Shown here piece by piece: positions 49,455 to 59,244 of a stretch of DNA of 64,000 nt. The notes beneath the pieces were generated by a model. The model did not search any database. It worked only from the letters and a program-made list of their open reading frames with translations, and was not told the DNA's origin. The position numbers were made by a program, and so were the translations under genes. The stretch is from Bacteroidota bacterium (GTDB lineage: Bacteria > Bacteroidota > Bacteroidia > JAIBAJ01): contig CANJNG010000002.1 of assembly GCA_947475205.1 (NCBI GenBank), positions 8,526 through 72,525 on the forward strand, written 5' to 3'. The number at the start of each line of letters is the position of its first letter. Position 1 is the stretch's first letter.

Positions 49455-51221
49455 ATGAAAAAACTTTTTCTTCTTCCATTAATCCTATTTATGGCTTCCT
49501 GCGGCAATTCCAACACCGACCATTCGTTAGGCGTACCCACTCCAAATGATGCTTTTAACTTAATGAAAAGCAATTTCTTTGATGAGTTATGGAAACTTTA
49601 TCCCGCTTGGGCAAGTTCGCAGGGTTATCATTATAATGATAGTTTATTTGCGATTGCTGATGCTGATTTCAGGCAGCGAGAAGCCGAATTTGTAAAAAAC
49701 TGGCAACATAAACTGTGGCAGTTTAAACCCGAAGAGCTTTCGCCGGCCGACCGAACCGATTGGCTTATGCTCGACAATCAATTAAAGGCAACGCTATTTT
49801 ATGCTAATGAATACAAAGGCTATGAGTGGGATCCAAGTTCGTATAACGTAGGTAGCACTTTTGGCGAGATGATAAACGGCACTTACGCCCCGCTCAACGA
49901 AAGGATGAAATATATATTGCAACGCTTGGCTTTTGTTCCGGCCTATTACGAAAATGCTCGCAAACAAATCAAGAACCCTACCCTCGAGCACACCGACCTT
50001 GCTATAAGTCAGAACCGTGGTTCGGCGGGTTTATTTGGGAAAGATTTGCAGGATAGTGTGGCCAAAACCAACCTTTCATCTGCCGATAAAAAACTATTCA
50101 ACGAACGTATTGCAGCAGCAGCAGCAGCTATAAATGGATATGCTGATTGGTTAGAAAAAGAAGTGAAACCGGGCTTGACCAAAGACGGTGTTAAATCGTT
50201 CCGGTTAGGAAAGGATTTATTTGAAAAGAAGTTTGATTTCGAGATTCAAAGCCATTACACAGCCGCTGAAATTTACGACATTGCCATAAAGCATAAAAAG
50301 GAGCTGCACGGCGAAATGTATAAACTCACTACGCAACTTTGGCCTAAATATTTGGCGAAAGAAACGATGCCTAAGGATACGCTGTCGGCAATTCGGAAAA
50401 TGATTGATAAACTATCGGACAAACACAGCAAGCGGGAAGATTTTCAAAAGGATATAGAAGCTCAAATTCCGGCTTTGGCTAAGTTTGTAAAGGACAAAAA
50501 CCTGCTTTATCTCGACCCTTCTAAACCGCTTGAAGTGCGTAAAGAACCCGATTATATGGCCGGGGTTGCAGGGGCTTCGATTAGTGCACCCGGACCTTAT
50601 GATAAAGATGGCAAAACGTTTTACAATGTAGGTTCACTGGCGGCTTATACGCCCGAACGTGCTGAAAGCTATTTGCGGGAGTACAATCACTACATTCTGC
50701 AAATATTGAACATTCATGAGGCTATTCCCGGACATTACGCACAATTGGTTTACAGCAACCAAAGCCCCAGTTTAGTGAAAAGTATTTTGGGCAACGGGGC
50801 TATGGTGGAAGGCTGGGCCGTATATACCGAGCGGATGATGATTGAAAGTGGTTATGGTGCCAACGAACCCGAAATGTGGCTGATGTATTACAAATGGAAT
50901 TTGCGGGCAACCTGCAACACTATTTTGGATGTGGGGATTCATTGCAACAATCTGTCGGAAGCCGATGCCCTAGATTTAATGACACGTCAGGCATTTCAGC
51001 AGGAGGCTGAAGCCAAAGGCAAATGGCGACGTGCAACGCTTACTCAAGTGCAACTATGCAGTTACTTTACCGGCTACACCGAAATTTACGAATTCCGCAA
51101 TATTCTTAAACAAAAGCAAGGCGATAAGTTCGACCTGAAAGCCTTTCACGAGAAATTCCTGAGCTATGGCTCTGCTCCGGTTAAGTATGTTAGGGAATTG
51201 ATGGAAAAGGAAATGGAGTAA
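49455..51221 (+). CDS. DUF885 family lipoprotein (metallopeptidase-like)
   Basis: Lipobox MASC, HEAIPGH, VEGWAVYTE, FDLKAFHE. Confidence 0.9.
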   Translation: MKKLFLLPLILFMASCGNSNTDHSLGVPTPNDAFNLMKSNFFDELWKLYPAWASSQGYHYNDSLFAIADADFRQREAEFVKNWQHKLWQFKPEELSPADRTDWLMLDNQLKATLFYANEYKGYEWDPSSYNVGSTFGEMINGTYAPLNERMKYILQRLAFVPAYYENARKQIKNPTLEHTDLAISQNRGSAGLFGKDLQDSVAKTNLSSADKKLFNERIAAAAAAINGYADWLEKEVKPGLTKDGVKSFRLGKDLFEKKFDFEIQSHYTAAEIYDIAIKHKKELHGEMYKLTTQLWPKYLAKETMPKDTLSAIRKMIDKLSDKHSKREDFQKDIEAQIPALAKFVKDKNLLYLDPSKPLEVRKEPDYMAGVAGASISAPGPYDKDGKTFYNVGSLAAYTPERAESYLREYNHYILQILNIHEAIPGHYAQLVYSNQSPSLVKSILGNGAMVEGWAVYTERMMIESGYGANEPEMWLMYYKWNLRATCNTILDVGIHCNNLSEADALDLMTRQAFQQEAEAKGKWRRATLTQVQLCSYFTGYTEIYEFRNILKQKQGDKFDLKAFHEKFLSYGSAPVKYVRELMEKEME

Positions 51222-51428
51222 GTGGAACTAAAGCTCAATTCTTGAGAAGGAGCGATAATTCTCATATACTCCTCTTTTTCGTTTTTAGCTTCATTGTAGC
51301 AAAGAGTTGAAGCCCAACGATAGTATCAGAGGGGCACTTGACTTTTGCAATGGCGATTATGATGTACTATGCATTAACCCCGTTTAATCAATATTTTTGG
51401 AACAATGGTGGTACTACTTTCCACCAAC

Positions 51429-51467
51429 AAAAAAAAGCCTTAGAAGTATAAACTCCTAAGGCTTTTT
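51429..51467 (-). terminator. intrinsic terminator after rpmB
   Basis: AAAAGCCTTAG / CTAAGGCTTTT with flanking A/T runs. Confidence 0.75.
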
Positions 51468-51488
51468 AAATATTTTGTAAACTTCTGA

Positions 51489-51725
51489 TTATCCGATGAA
51501 GCCTTTTTTATACGCTTCGTCAATTACTGCAGAAATACCTTTTTTGTGGATGGTACGAAGAACAGAAGTGCTTACTTTAATTGTAACCCAAGTGTTTTCT
51601 TCAGCGATGAAGAACCTTTTGAGTTTCAAATTTGGTTTGAAAAGTCTTTTCGTTTTAGCATTAGAGTGAGAAACCTTGTTTCCTGTTATTGCTTTTTTTC
51701 CGGTTAGTTCGCAGATTCTTGACAT
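51489..51725 (-). CDS. rpmB: 50S ribosomal protein L28
   Basis: MSRICELTGK...GNKVSHSN.KTKR.F.PNL; TATCTTTG promoter at 51753-51760. Confidence 0.97.
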   Translation of the reverse strand: MSRICELTGKKAITGNKVSHSNAKTKRLFKPNLKLKRFFIAEENTWVTIKVSTSVLRTIHKKGISAVIDEAYKKGFIG

Positions 51726-51793
51726 AGCTTATGTGTTTTTCTAAAAGGGGGGCAAAGATAGAAGAATTTAATTCAGATTAACAAAAATATTTT

Positions 51794-53917
51794 TTATGCG
51801 TGAAACCCTTTGCCAGCCTTAGATTTCTCTGAAATAATAGCCGCCGGAGTGAAACGTTGACCGTGTTTAGAAGACAAATCTGTCATGATTTTTTCTACAT
51901 TAGCTAAACCCATAGTATCCATCATGCGGAAAGGTCCTCCGCTAAACGGAGGAAATCCTAAACCAAATACAGCTCCCATGTCGCCATCGCGAGCCGAAAG
52001 CAGAATACCTTCCTGCAAACACATAGCCGCTTCATTCATCATAATCATTCCCATCCGTTGCTGTATCTCGGTGCGGTCAAACTTTTTGCGGTTTTCGCCA
52101 CCAAAGTGCTTATACATTTCAGGGTTGATCTTTCCGTGCATCTTTTTGCCTTTTTCATCATAAAGATAAAAACCTTTCTTGTTTTTACGGCCTTTGAATC
52201 CGGCATCATATAACCTTACCATAGCATCCGAAATCTTAACTCCGGGGCGGGTTTTGATAAAGTCCTGACTCATTTTACCTTTATATATATGTGCTCCTAC
52301 ATCTATCCCAACCTCATCCATTAAGGTGATGGGGCCAACTGGAAAGCCATAATCTTTCATTACTTCGTCTAATTGCAAGGCATCGGCACCTTCTTCAAGC
52401 ATCAGCAAAGCCTCGTTCATAAACGGACTTAGAATTCGGGTGGTGTAAAATCCGGGGCCGTCTTTTACCACAATGCAGGTTTTGCCTTGCTTGATACCCA
52501 AATCAAGGCAGGTGGCAGTAACCCAATCGGCGGTTTTATCGGTTATGATAATTTCCAGCAGTGGCATTTTAGGAACGGGAGAAAAATAGTGCATTCCAAT
52601 CACATTTTCGGGACGGCTACTGGCTTCTGCAATAGCTGTAATAGGCAAAGCCGATGTGTTGCTGGCGAAAATGGTATCGGGACGAATGAATTTTTCGGTT
52701 TCCTGAATCACTTTCTTTTTCAATTCCATATCTTCCAATACGGCTTCAATAATTACGTCCACTTTGTCGAAGTTATCGTATGTGGTTGTGCCAATTATGC
52801 GGTTAAGCAAATCTTCGGCTTCGGTTTGTTTAATGGCTTTGCGTTTTACTTTTTTGTAATAATTATCCCAAACGCCTTTTTTTCCTTTGGCTACCGCTTC
52901 GTCATTCAAATCTTTAAGCAGAACGGTAATGCCTTTTGCCGCTGAAACTTCGGCAATTCCAGCACCCATAAATCCGGCACCAAGCATTCCCAAGGTGTTT
53001 ACCTTCCTTACTTTGTCTTTCCAGGGATTCTTCTTCATTTCAGTCATCGCAAAGAAGATATTAATCAACTGGCGGCTGGCGTTAGTTAGAATGAGTTCTT
53101 CAAACTTTACGGCTTCGGCATCAAATCCTTTTTTAATGCCTTGATTCATCCCAATTTCTACACATTCTAAAATGCGTTCGGCAGCGGGATAATTGCCGCG
53201 GGTTTGGCGAAGCAACATTTCTTTAGCTTTCTTAAAAAGTATGCCCCTCCCAATTGAATTTCCTTCCAAGGCCAATTCTAGCATTGGTTTTTTGCGATTA
53301 CGTTGAAATTTTCCACTCAAAATATCTCTAGCCAGAAACTTGGCCGCATCAATTAGTTGAGCCTTATTGGTAATGCGGTCGGCTAATCCCATTTTAAGTG
53401 CAGGACGACCATATACATTCTTTCCGGTAAGCATAATATCCAATGCTTTCTGGATGCCAATAAGGCGGGGAAGCCTTTGCGTGCCACCGCCACCTGGCAG
53501 CAAACCAAGTTTTACTTCGGGAAGTGCTAATACTGTTCCTTCATCGGCCACTACTCTGCCGTGGCAAGCCAAGGCAATTTCCAATCCTGCTCCCATACAA
53601 GAGCCGTGAATGGCTGCAATAATTGGCTTTTTAGATTGTTCGAGTTTGTTTAAACTATCGTGTCCGCGACGGGTAACGGGTTCAAAGTCGCCTTTCTTGG
53701 TTACTTTCTGAAACATCTCAATATCGGCACCGGCAATGAAATCTTTTTTCTTGCTGGCCAAAATGATTGCTTTTATGCTGCTATCGGCATCTATTTCTTT
53801 GAAAATAGTATCGAAGGCGTGAATAAGTTCAGGTGAAACTTTGTTCACCTTCTCGCCTTCCTGATCAAGCCAAACGATGGCAAATTCGTCCTGTTTTTCT
53901 ATTGTAGCGTAGTTCAT
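51794..53917 (-). CDS. fadJ: fatty acid oxidation multifunctional enzyme alpha subunit
   Basis: FIAGADI, LPEVKLGLLPGGGGTQRLPR, GAGFMGAGIA, GMHYFSPV; ATG at 53917 preferred. Confidence 0.88.
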   Translation of the reverse strand: MNYATIEKQDEFAIVWLDQEGEKVNKVSPELIHAFDTIFKEIDADSSIKAIILASKKKDFIAGADIEMFQKVTKKGDFEPVTRRGHDSLNKLEQSKKPIIAAIHGSCMGAGLEIALACHGRVVADEGTVLALPEVKLGLLPGGGGTQRLPRLIGIQKALDIMLTGKNVYGRPALKMGLADRITNKAQLIDAAKFLARDILSGKFQRNRKKPMLELALEGNSIGRGILFKKAKEMLLRQTRGNYPAAERILECVEIGMNQGIKKGFDAEAVKFEELILTNASRQLINIFFAMTEMKKNPWKDKVRKVNTLGMLGAGFMGAGIAEVSAAKGITVLLKDLNDEAVAKGKKGVWDNYYKKVKRKAIKQTEAEDLLNRIIGTTTYDNFDKVDVIIEAVLEDMELKKKVIQETEKFIRPDTIFASNTSALPITAIAEASSRPENVIGMHYFSPVPKMPLLEIIITDKTADWVTATCLDLGIKQGKTCIVVKDGPGFYTTRILSPFMNEALLMLEEGADALQLDEVMKDYGFPVGPITLMDEVGIDVGAHIYKGKMSQDFIKTRPGVKISDAMVRLYDAGFKGRKNKKGFYLYDEKGKKMHGKINPEMYKHFGGENRKKFDRTEIQQRMGMIMMNEAAMCLQEGILLSARDGDMGAVFGLGFPPFSGGPFRMMDTMGLANVEKIMTDLSSKHGQRFTPAAIISEKSKAGKGFHA

Positions 53918-53995
53918 TTGTGTAGTAAAGAGTATTGGGTAGGGAGTATGAATACCGCACAAAGGAAAGGGTTTTTGAGATTTGTTTTTGAAAAA

Positions 53996-54079
53996 ATTTC
54001 ACCACAGAGGCACGGAGGCCACAGAGAAACACATAGAGCTTCTGTGAACCTCTATGCTCTCTGTGCCTCCGTGGTAAAT
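53996..54079. repeat. nonamer-based (CACAGAG) REP-like inverted repeat
   Basis: ACCACAGAGGCACGGAG (54001-54017) / CTCTGTGCCTCCGTGGT (54059-54075). Confidence 0.8.
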
Positions 54080-54097
54080 ACTCTGCAAATTTTTGGT

Positions 54098-54613
54098 TTA
54101 CTTTTCTCCCCCTGCAGCAGTAGCCTCTAACTGAAAGGCTCGTATAATCATGGCTATATCCTGTTTTAGTGCAAGGTTTTCGGCTTTTAGTTTTAAAATG
54201 TCTTCTTGTATATCGGCGTTTTCGCTGTTTACACGTATCACCATTTTAAATAGTGCCTGTGTGCCTGAAATCGTCAAGGCGGTTAGTGCTTCATTGTCCA
54301 CCATAAGGTTGCCGTTTTCGTTCTTAACAGCTTGCGGAAATACCAAAGCAATTTTTTCAACCAAAATCCGCTTTTGAAGTTCATCGGTTTGTGGGTTCTT
54401 CGCATTTAATTTGCATTCTGATACTTCGATTCCCATCAACCGTTGAATATCGGTGTTCTTGTTGCTAACGCCTACAACAGTTTCGAGGGGTAAAGCATTT
54501 TGGGCAGATGCTGCATTACATACAATTATTAAAAGCAAGTTTGCCATGATTAAGATGGTAAGGTTCAACAAATGAAACTTCATTTGAGGTTCGGCTGTTG
54601 GGTTGTTTTTCAT
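54098..54613 (-). CDS. exported hypothetical protein with degenerate peptidase S74/tail-fibre chaperone-like region and coiled coil
   Basis: Signal peptide; IALVFPQAV...VDNEALTALTISGTQAL...LKAENLALK. Confidence 0.55.
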   Translation of the reverse strand: MKNNPTAEPQMKFHLLNLTILIMANLLLIIVCNAASAQNALPLETVVGVSNKNTDIQRLMGIEVSECKLNAKNPQTDELQKRILVEKIALVFPQAVKNENGNLMVDNEALTALTISGTQALFKMVIRVNSENADIQEDILKLKAENLALKQDIAMIIRAFQLEATAAGGEK

Positions 54614-54872
54614 TTTGTTTGTTTTTTAAACGGGTTAATTAAATTCCACCAATTTGTTGGTTTGTCGGTAAGAGAGAGGGCAAACAATTAAAGTTTAATC
54701 AACCTTCTAAAAATAGCGGGTTACAAAAGGGTTACAAGGCCGAAAGGCTTGTAAATAGAGGAGATTGCAAGGAAAGAAATTAATCTCTAAACCAAAATAA
54801 GGATTTTAGAAGCCAACCTTTATAGGTTTTTTGTTTAGAAGCGACTGTTAATCCCCAAATACAAAATAAGCA

Positions 54873-55793
54873 TTACGGCTTATGCTTAACTATCAACTTT
54901 TTTAGCTCTCTTGGGCTTAAATCGAAGGGCAAATAGTTCACTATGGTTTTCTTCCACTTGGTTTCGTCTGGCTTAGAAATGAAATCGTAGCCATAGTAGA
55001 AATTTTCGTCCACTTCATACTTTTCAATTTTGTTGGGTTCAATTTCCTTGTTTTTGAAATAGTAAACCAATTGGTAATTTTTTCGGAGGACGGTAATTGT
55101 AATGGCGTGGCGGATTTTGTCGGAAAGATTTGGAGCCGAAGAGTGAATCATAGCCGGGTCGAAAACCATTACATCGCCAGCTTTTACCAGCACAGGGTAC
55201 ATATACTTTTCTAAAATCTCAAGGTGTTTTTTGAAATTCCACGGCACACCAAGCGAACGTTGGATATTTCCCCAGAGGTGGCTACCTGGCAATACCCAAA
55301 TGGGGCCATTTTCTAAGGTAACATCGCAAAATGGAATCCAAACAAAAAGGCAATAATCTTTTTCCTCGTCAATAACGGTGCTGTCTTGATGAATTGCTAA
55401 GTCGCTTTGATTGGAGCAGGGTTTTACCTGATATGCCCCGCCTGTGTGGGGATCAACCTTAGCCATATCAAACATTCGGGGAAGAATATCTTTAGCATTC
55501 AGGTTAATTACGTTTTGAGTTTTTTTTCTGATTTCGGGATTGAATAGCCGCCCGCTGTTTAATAAGTTTTTATCTAACTCAAAGCCTTCAAGTAAAGATA
55601 TTTCATTAAACGTATCTAAAAAAGACTGTATTTCCTCGGGTTTTACTACATTTTCTATGGTGCAATAGCCATGAGTGAGGAAGTGCTTATGCTTTTCGTC
55701 ATCCAAAAAAAAAGACTCTCTCCGTATTTCCAAATGTGGGTTTACTTCATCCGGTTTTTTGAAAAAGGTATCGAATAGTTTAAGGAAAGACAT
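54873..55793 (-). CDS. PhyH-family Fe(II)/2-oxoglutarate dioxygenase
   Basis: HQD...WIP...NG...LPGSH...AGDVMVF...HSSAPN...R. Confidence 0.87.
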   Translation of the reverse strand: MSFLKLFDTFFKKPDEVNPHLEIRRESFFLDDEKHKHFLTHGYCTIENVVKPEEIQSFLDTFNEISLLEGFELDKNLLNSGRLFNPEIRKKTQNVINLNAKDILPRMFDMAKVDPHTGGAYQVKPCSNQSDLAIHQDSTVIDEEKDYCLFVWIPFCDVTLENGPIWVLPGSHLWGNIQRSLGVPWNFKKHLEILEKYMYPVLVKAGDVMVFDPAMIHSSAPNLSDKIRHAITITVLRKNYQLVYYFKNKEIEPNKIEKYEVDENFYYGYDFISKPDETKWKKTIVNYLPFDLSPRELKKLIVKHKP

Positions 55794-55845
55794 TAGTAGG
55801 AGTTAAGTGGAACTTTTATGAAGTCAAAAGTAAAGTATCTAAGCT

Positions 55846-56859
55846 TTAATGCTCCTTGTAAAACTCAATCATCTTCCTAATATCACTGTTAAACCGGGTT
55901 TTAAATTCCACTTCAAACTTATCCTGCAACTTACCATATCGGTTATAGCCCATCAAATAATCATTTCCTTCAAAATACAGGTACTTAGCACTGCGGATAT
56001 ATTTCGATTTTATCTTGGGGGGTAATGTCATAAAGAAAATGCCCTGATAAGTCTTTTTGATTGTTTCGGTTTTGAACTTTTTTAGTTTCAGCGTATCGCC
56101 GCTATATTCCTTATAGCCTTTTTCCAATTTATCCTTTGCTTTCAGAAAGTAAGAATTCATTCGGAGTTCGGCAGTCATTTCGTTTTCAAATTCAGCTAAA
56201 TCATTGGGTAAATTCTTTTTCAGGAAATAGAACTTAGCCCCTTCTCTTCCCACAAAATCAGCAAGATTCTCGCTAAAGTTTACATCCGATCCTAAGTAAA
56301 CCGTGCCGTGAAGCATTTCGTGAATTATAAGAGCCCCCAATTGGCCGTCGGGTTTATTAAGCATAGAGGACAGAACAGGGTCTTTCAGCCAGCCCAACGT
56401 ACTCCAGCCCGACACTTTCCCTAAGCCCACATCGAGACCTTTAGCTTTTAGCTTAATGCCTTCTTCTTTTGCATCAGCATATTCAAAGAAGCCTTTATAG
56501 CTTAAATCGCCCAAAAACGGAAAGTGCCAGGTCTTTTCTTTGAATGAATAAGGTTCGCATGCAGTTAAAACGGTCAGGAGCGGTTTGCCCTTTTGGTCGA
56601 AATAATTATCGTAGTTGCCATTATCTTTTAGGCCAAGTTCGGCCACAGCAAAGGCTTTTACATCTTTAATTAGTAACAGCTTTCGCCGCTGTTCGTGCGT
56701 AAGGCTTTTATTCTCGACCAATACTTTTTCAATCTTTTTGGCATTAAAGATGATATTTAATTGACCCTGTGCTAACGAAAGTCCATACCTGATTTCAGAT
56801 ATAAAGCAAACAACAAGCCCAACCAGTACCAACGAAAGTATAACCCAGAATTTTTTCAT
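55846..56859 (-). CDS. putative zinc aminopeptidase
   Basis: W.FPFLG..SYKGFF, STLGWLKDP, IIHEMLH, FSENLADF; ATG at 56859. Confidence 0.83.
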   Translation of the reverse strand: MKKFWVILSLVLVGLVVCFISEIRYGLSLAQGQLNIIFNAKKIEKVLVENKSLTHEQRRKLLLIKDVKAFAVAELGLKDNGNYDNYFDQKGKPLLTVLTACEPYSFKEKTWHFPFLGDLSYKGFFEYADAKEEGIKLKAKGLDVGLGKVSGWSTLGWLKDPVLSSMLNKPDGQLGALIIHEMLHGTVYLGSDVNFSENLADFVGREGAKFYFLKKNLPNDLAEFENEMTAELRMNSYFLKAKDKLEKGYKEYSGDTLKLKKFKTETIKKTYQGIFFMTLPPKIKSKYIRSAKYLYFEGNDYLMGYNRYGKLQDKFEVEFKTRFNSDIRKMIEFYKEH

Positions 56860-57022
56860 AGGAAAGCAAAGATAGAGTTTGAAGCAGCTTCTCAAAACTG
56901 AATTTATATGAGCTAAAAATTGCATAAATCTGTCGCTGAGTACACAAATATTTCAAGTGGATGCCTGAAAATCTCTAATGGGGTACATTTTTTTTCATTT
57001 AAATTCAATTGGTTAAACAAAA

Positions 57023-57060
57023 ACTAAGGAAACTTTTAAAACATTGTTAGTTTCCTTAGT
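57023..57060. promoter_or_regulatory. palindromic operator upstream of TetR gene
   Basis: Perfect 12-bp IR ACTAAGGAAACT-N14-AGTTTCCTTAGT. Confidence 0.7.
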
Positions 57061-57090
57061 GTTTTGTATACTTAATTTGCACCCTGAATT

Positions 57091-57705
57091 ATGGAAATAA
57101 AATTATCACAAATTCTTGATAAGGCGGAGAAACTCTTTATGCAAAAGGGAATTCGTAACATCACGATGGATGACATCTCAAGAGAACTAGGGATGTCCAA
57201 AAAAACGCTTTACCTATATATAGAAGATAAAAGCGATTTGCTGATGAAGATTATGGAAAACATAATCAAGCAGGACACCGATTACTTTAATCGCATAGAC
57301 CGGGAGAACGAAAACCCGATTGATGAATTGTTTGAAACAAGCAAGTATATCAGCGAACGTCTCAAACAGGTTCACCCATCAATTCATTATGAAATAATGC
57401 GGTATTATCCTGAAGTGTGGAAGGTTTACAACGACCATAAAGTAGATTTCGCTCAAAAGTCGGTAAAGGCAAATCTTATAAAAGGTATCAAATCGGGCTA
57501 CTACCGTCAAAACATTAACCCGGACATATTAGCCCGTATTTACATTTCTCGAATGGATTTATGTTTCGACGGCGAAGTGTTCCCCGGCAATGAATTCAAC
57601 TTTGTGGAGGTGTATAACGAAATGCTATACTACCACATCCGTGGGGTAGCCAGCCTAAAGGGAAACCAGTATTTGGTAACCAAAATTGAAACAATCAACA
57701 AATAA
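57091..57705 (+). CDS. TetR/AcrR family regulator
   Basis: ITMDDISRELGMSKKTLY HTH. Confidence 0.93.
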   Translation: MEIKLSQILDKAEKLFMQKGIRNITMDDISRELGMSKKTLYLYIEDKSDLLMKIMENIIKQDTDYFNRIDRENENPIDELFETSKYISERLKQVHPSIHYEIMRYYPEVWKVYNDHKVDFAQKSVKANLIKGIKSGYYRQNINPDILARIYISRMDLCFDGEVFPGNEFNFVEVYNEMLYYHIRGVASLKGNQYLVTKIETINK

Positions 57706-57715
57706 ATGCAATGGA

Positions 57716-57794
57716 AACGCCAATGACGCAAATGGAATGAATTTACACAAATTCAAAATTTGCGACCATTTGCTCAATTAGCCCAATTAGCGTT
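57716..57794. repeat. nonamer-based imperfect inverted repeat
   Basis: AACGCCAATGACGCAAAT...ACACAAAT / ATTTGCG..ATTTGCTCAATTAGCCCAATTAGCGTT. Confidence 0.55.
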
Positions 57795-57821
57795 GCAATC
57801 AAAATTAAACACAAAACATAA

Positions 57822-59159
57822 ATGAAGAAACACCTAACCCTGCTTATGCTCTTTCTGGGATTTTCGGGAGCGTTTGCACAAGATAAACCTATAGCAAAAT
57901 CTGCGTTTAGTCTTAAAGAAGCCCAAGCCTTCGCCGCTGAAAATGCTTACAGCGTTAAAGAAGTTAAGTACAACATAAGCCAAGCGGAGCAACAAGTAAG
58001 GGAATATACTTCCATTGGGTTGCCGCAGGTTAACTTGCAAGGCACATTCAATCAGTTTGTGGTAATACCAACTACGGTAATACCTGCGGGCTCGTTATTC
58101 CCAGGTAGCCCTCCAACCGAAGCCAAATTCGGGACCCGTTACAATACCCAAGTAGGGGCAAGTGGTTCGCAAATGCTGTTTGATGGAAGTTTTTTTGTAG
58201 GGATTCAAGCGGCTAAGGCATTGGTGGAACTAACCAAAGAAGGACAACGTAAATCGGAAATTGATGTAAAGGATAATGTAACTCAAGCCTATTTCACGGT
58301 GCTAATAGTTCAGGAAACCAAAAAACTGTTGGAACAAAGTTTGGTTAATCTTCAAAAAACACAAACAGAAACTCAAGCTTTCTATAAAAGTGGATTTGCT
58401 GAAGAAAACGATGTAGATCAATTTGACATATTGGTTGGAAACCTCAATAATCAATTGAGTAAAATAAATGCCAACATTGAAAATGCCAAAGGGCTTCTAA
58501 AATTCCAAATGGGAATGAGTGTGAAAGACCCAATTGAACTAACCGACAATCTTGAAGTAGTCGGCGAATTGGCGAATAATCCAGCATTGCTAAATCCTAC
58601 TTTAGACCCCACAACGAATATTGACCATAGACTCTTGACACAAAGTATGAATTTGCAAAACTTGAATGCAAAGAGAATTAAAATGGGGTACTTGCCTAAT
58701 GCACGCCTTGTTGGAAATATCTCTACATCGGCAATGCGTAACGAATTTGACATGCCTGGTGGCCGTTGGTTTCCAACAATTTTATGGGGTGTAAATATTG
58801 GTGTTCCTGTATTCGATGGCTTTATGAAAGATGCCGGAATAAAGAAAGCAAAATTGGATGGAGTGAAAACCCGAAACACGCTCGACCAATTAGAACAAGG
58901 TTTAGCACTACAATTAGAAACAGCTAAAACCGACTTTATCTCTGCTTCTAACCAACTTAAAAACGAAGAACGCAGTCTTGCATTGGCAAAGAAAGTCCGT
59001 GATAAAGCATTGATTAAATATAAAGAAGGTGTGGGTAGCAGTATGGAAATCACCCAAGCCGAAAACCAATTAGTGGCTACCCAAGGTAATTACTTCCAAG
59101 CCCTGATGAGTAAACTAACTGCTAAAGCAAAACTCGATAAATTGATGGGGACATATTAA
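57822..59159 (+). CDS. TolC family outer membrane efflux protein
   Basis: Signal peptide, two OEP repeats (GLPQVN; YLP...VPVFDG; YKEGVGSSME). Confidence 0.93.
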   Translation: MKKHLTLLMLFLGFSGAFAQDKPIAKSAFSLKEAQAFAAENAYSVKEVKYNISQAEQQVREYTSIGLPQVNLQGTFNQFVVIPTTVIPAGSLFPGSPPTEAKFGTRYNTQVGASGSQMLFDGSFFVGIQAAKALVELTKEGQRKSEIDVKDNVTQAYFTVLIVQETKKLLEQSLVNLQKTQTETQAFYKSGFAEENDVDQFDILVGNLNNQLSKINANIENAKGLLKFQMGMSVKDPIELTDNLEVVGELANNPALLNPTLDPTTNIDHRLLTQSMNLQNLNAKRIKMGYLPNARLVGNISTSAMRNEFDMPGGRWFPTILWGVNIGVPVFDGFMKDAGIKKAKLDGVKTRNTLDQLEQGLALQLETAKTDFISASNQLKNEERSLALAKKVRDKALIKYKEGVGSSMEITQAENQLVATQGNYFQALMSKLTAKAKLDKLMGTY

Positions 59160-59215
59160 TTGATAATAGATAATTGAAAATTGAAAATGGCTACCGCACA
59201 ACTTTAAACTTTAAA
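59160..59215. repeat. chimeric heptamer element with core
   Basis: TTGATAA TAGATAA TTGAAAA TTGAAAA, GGCTACCGC (59189-59197), AACTTTA x2. Confidence 0.7.
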
Positions 59216-59244
59216 TAAAAACTAACAAATCTCAACTATAATAT

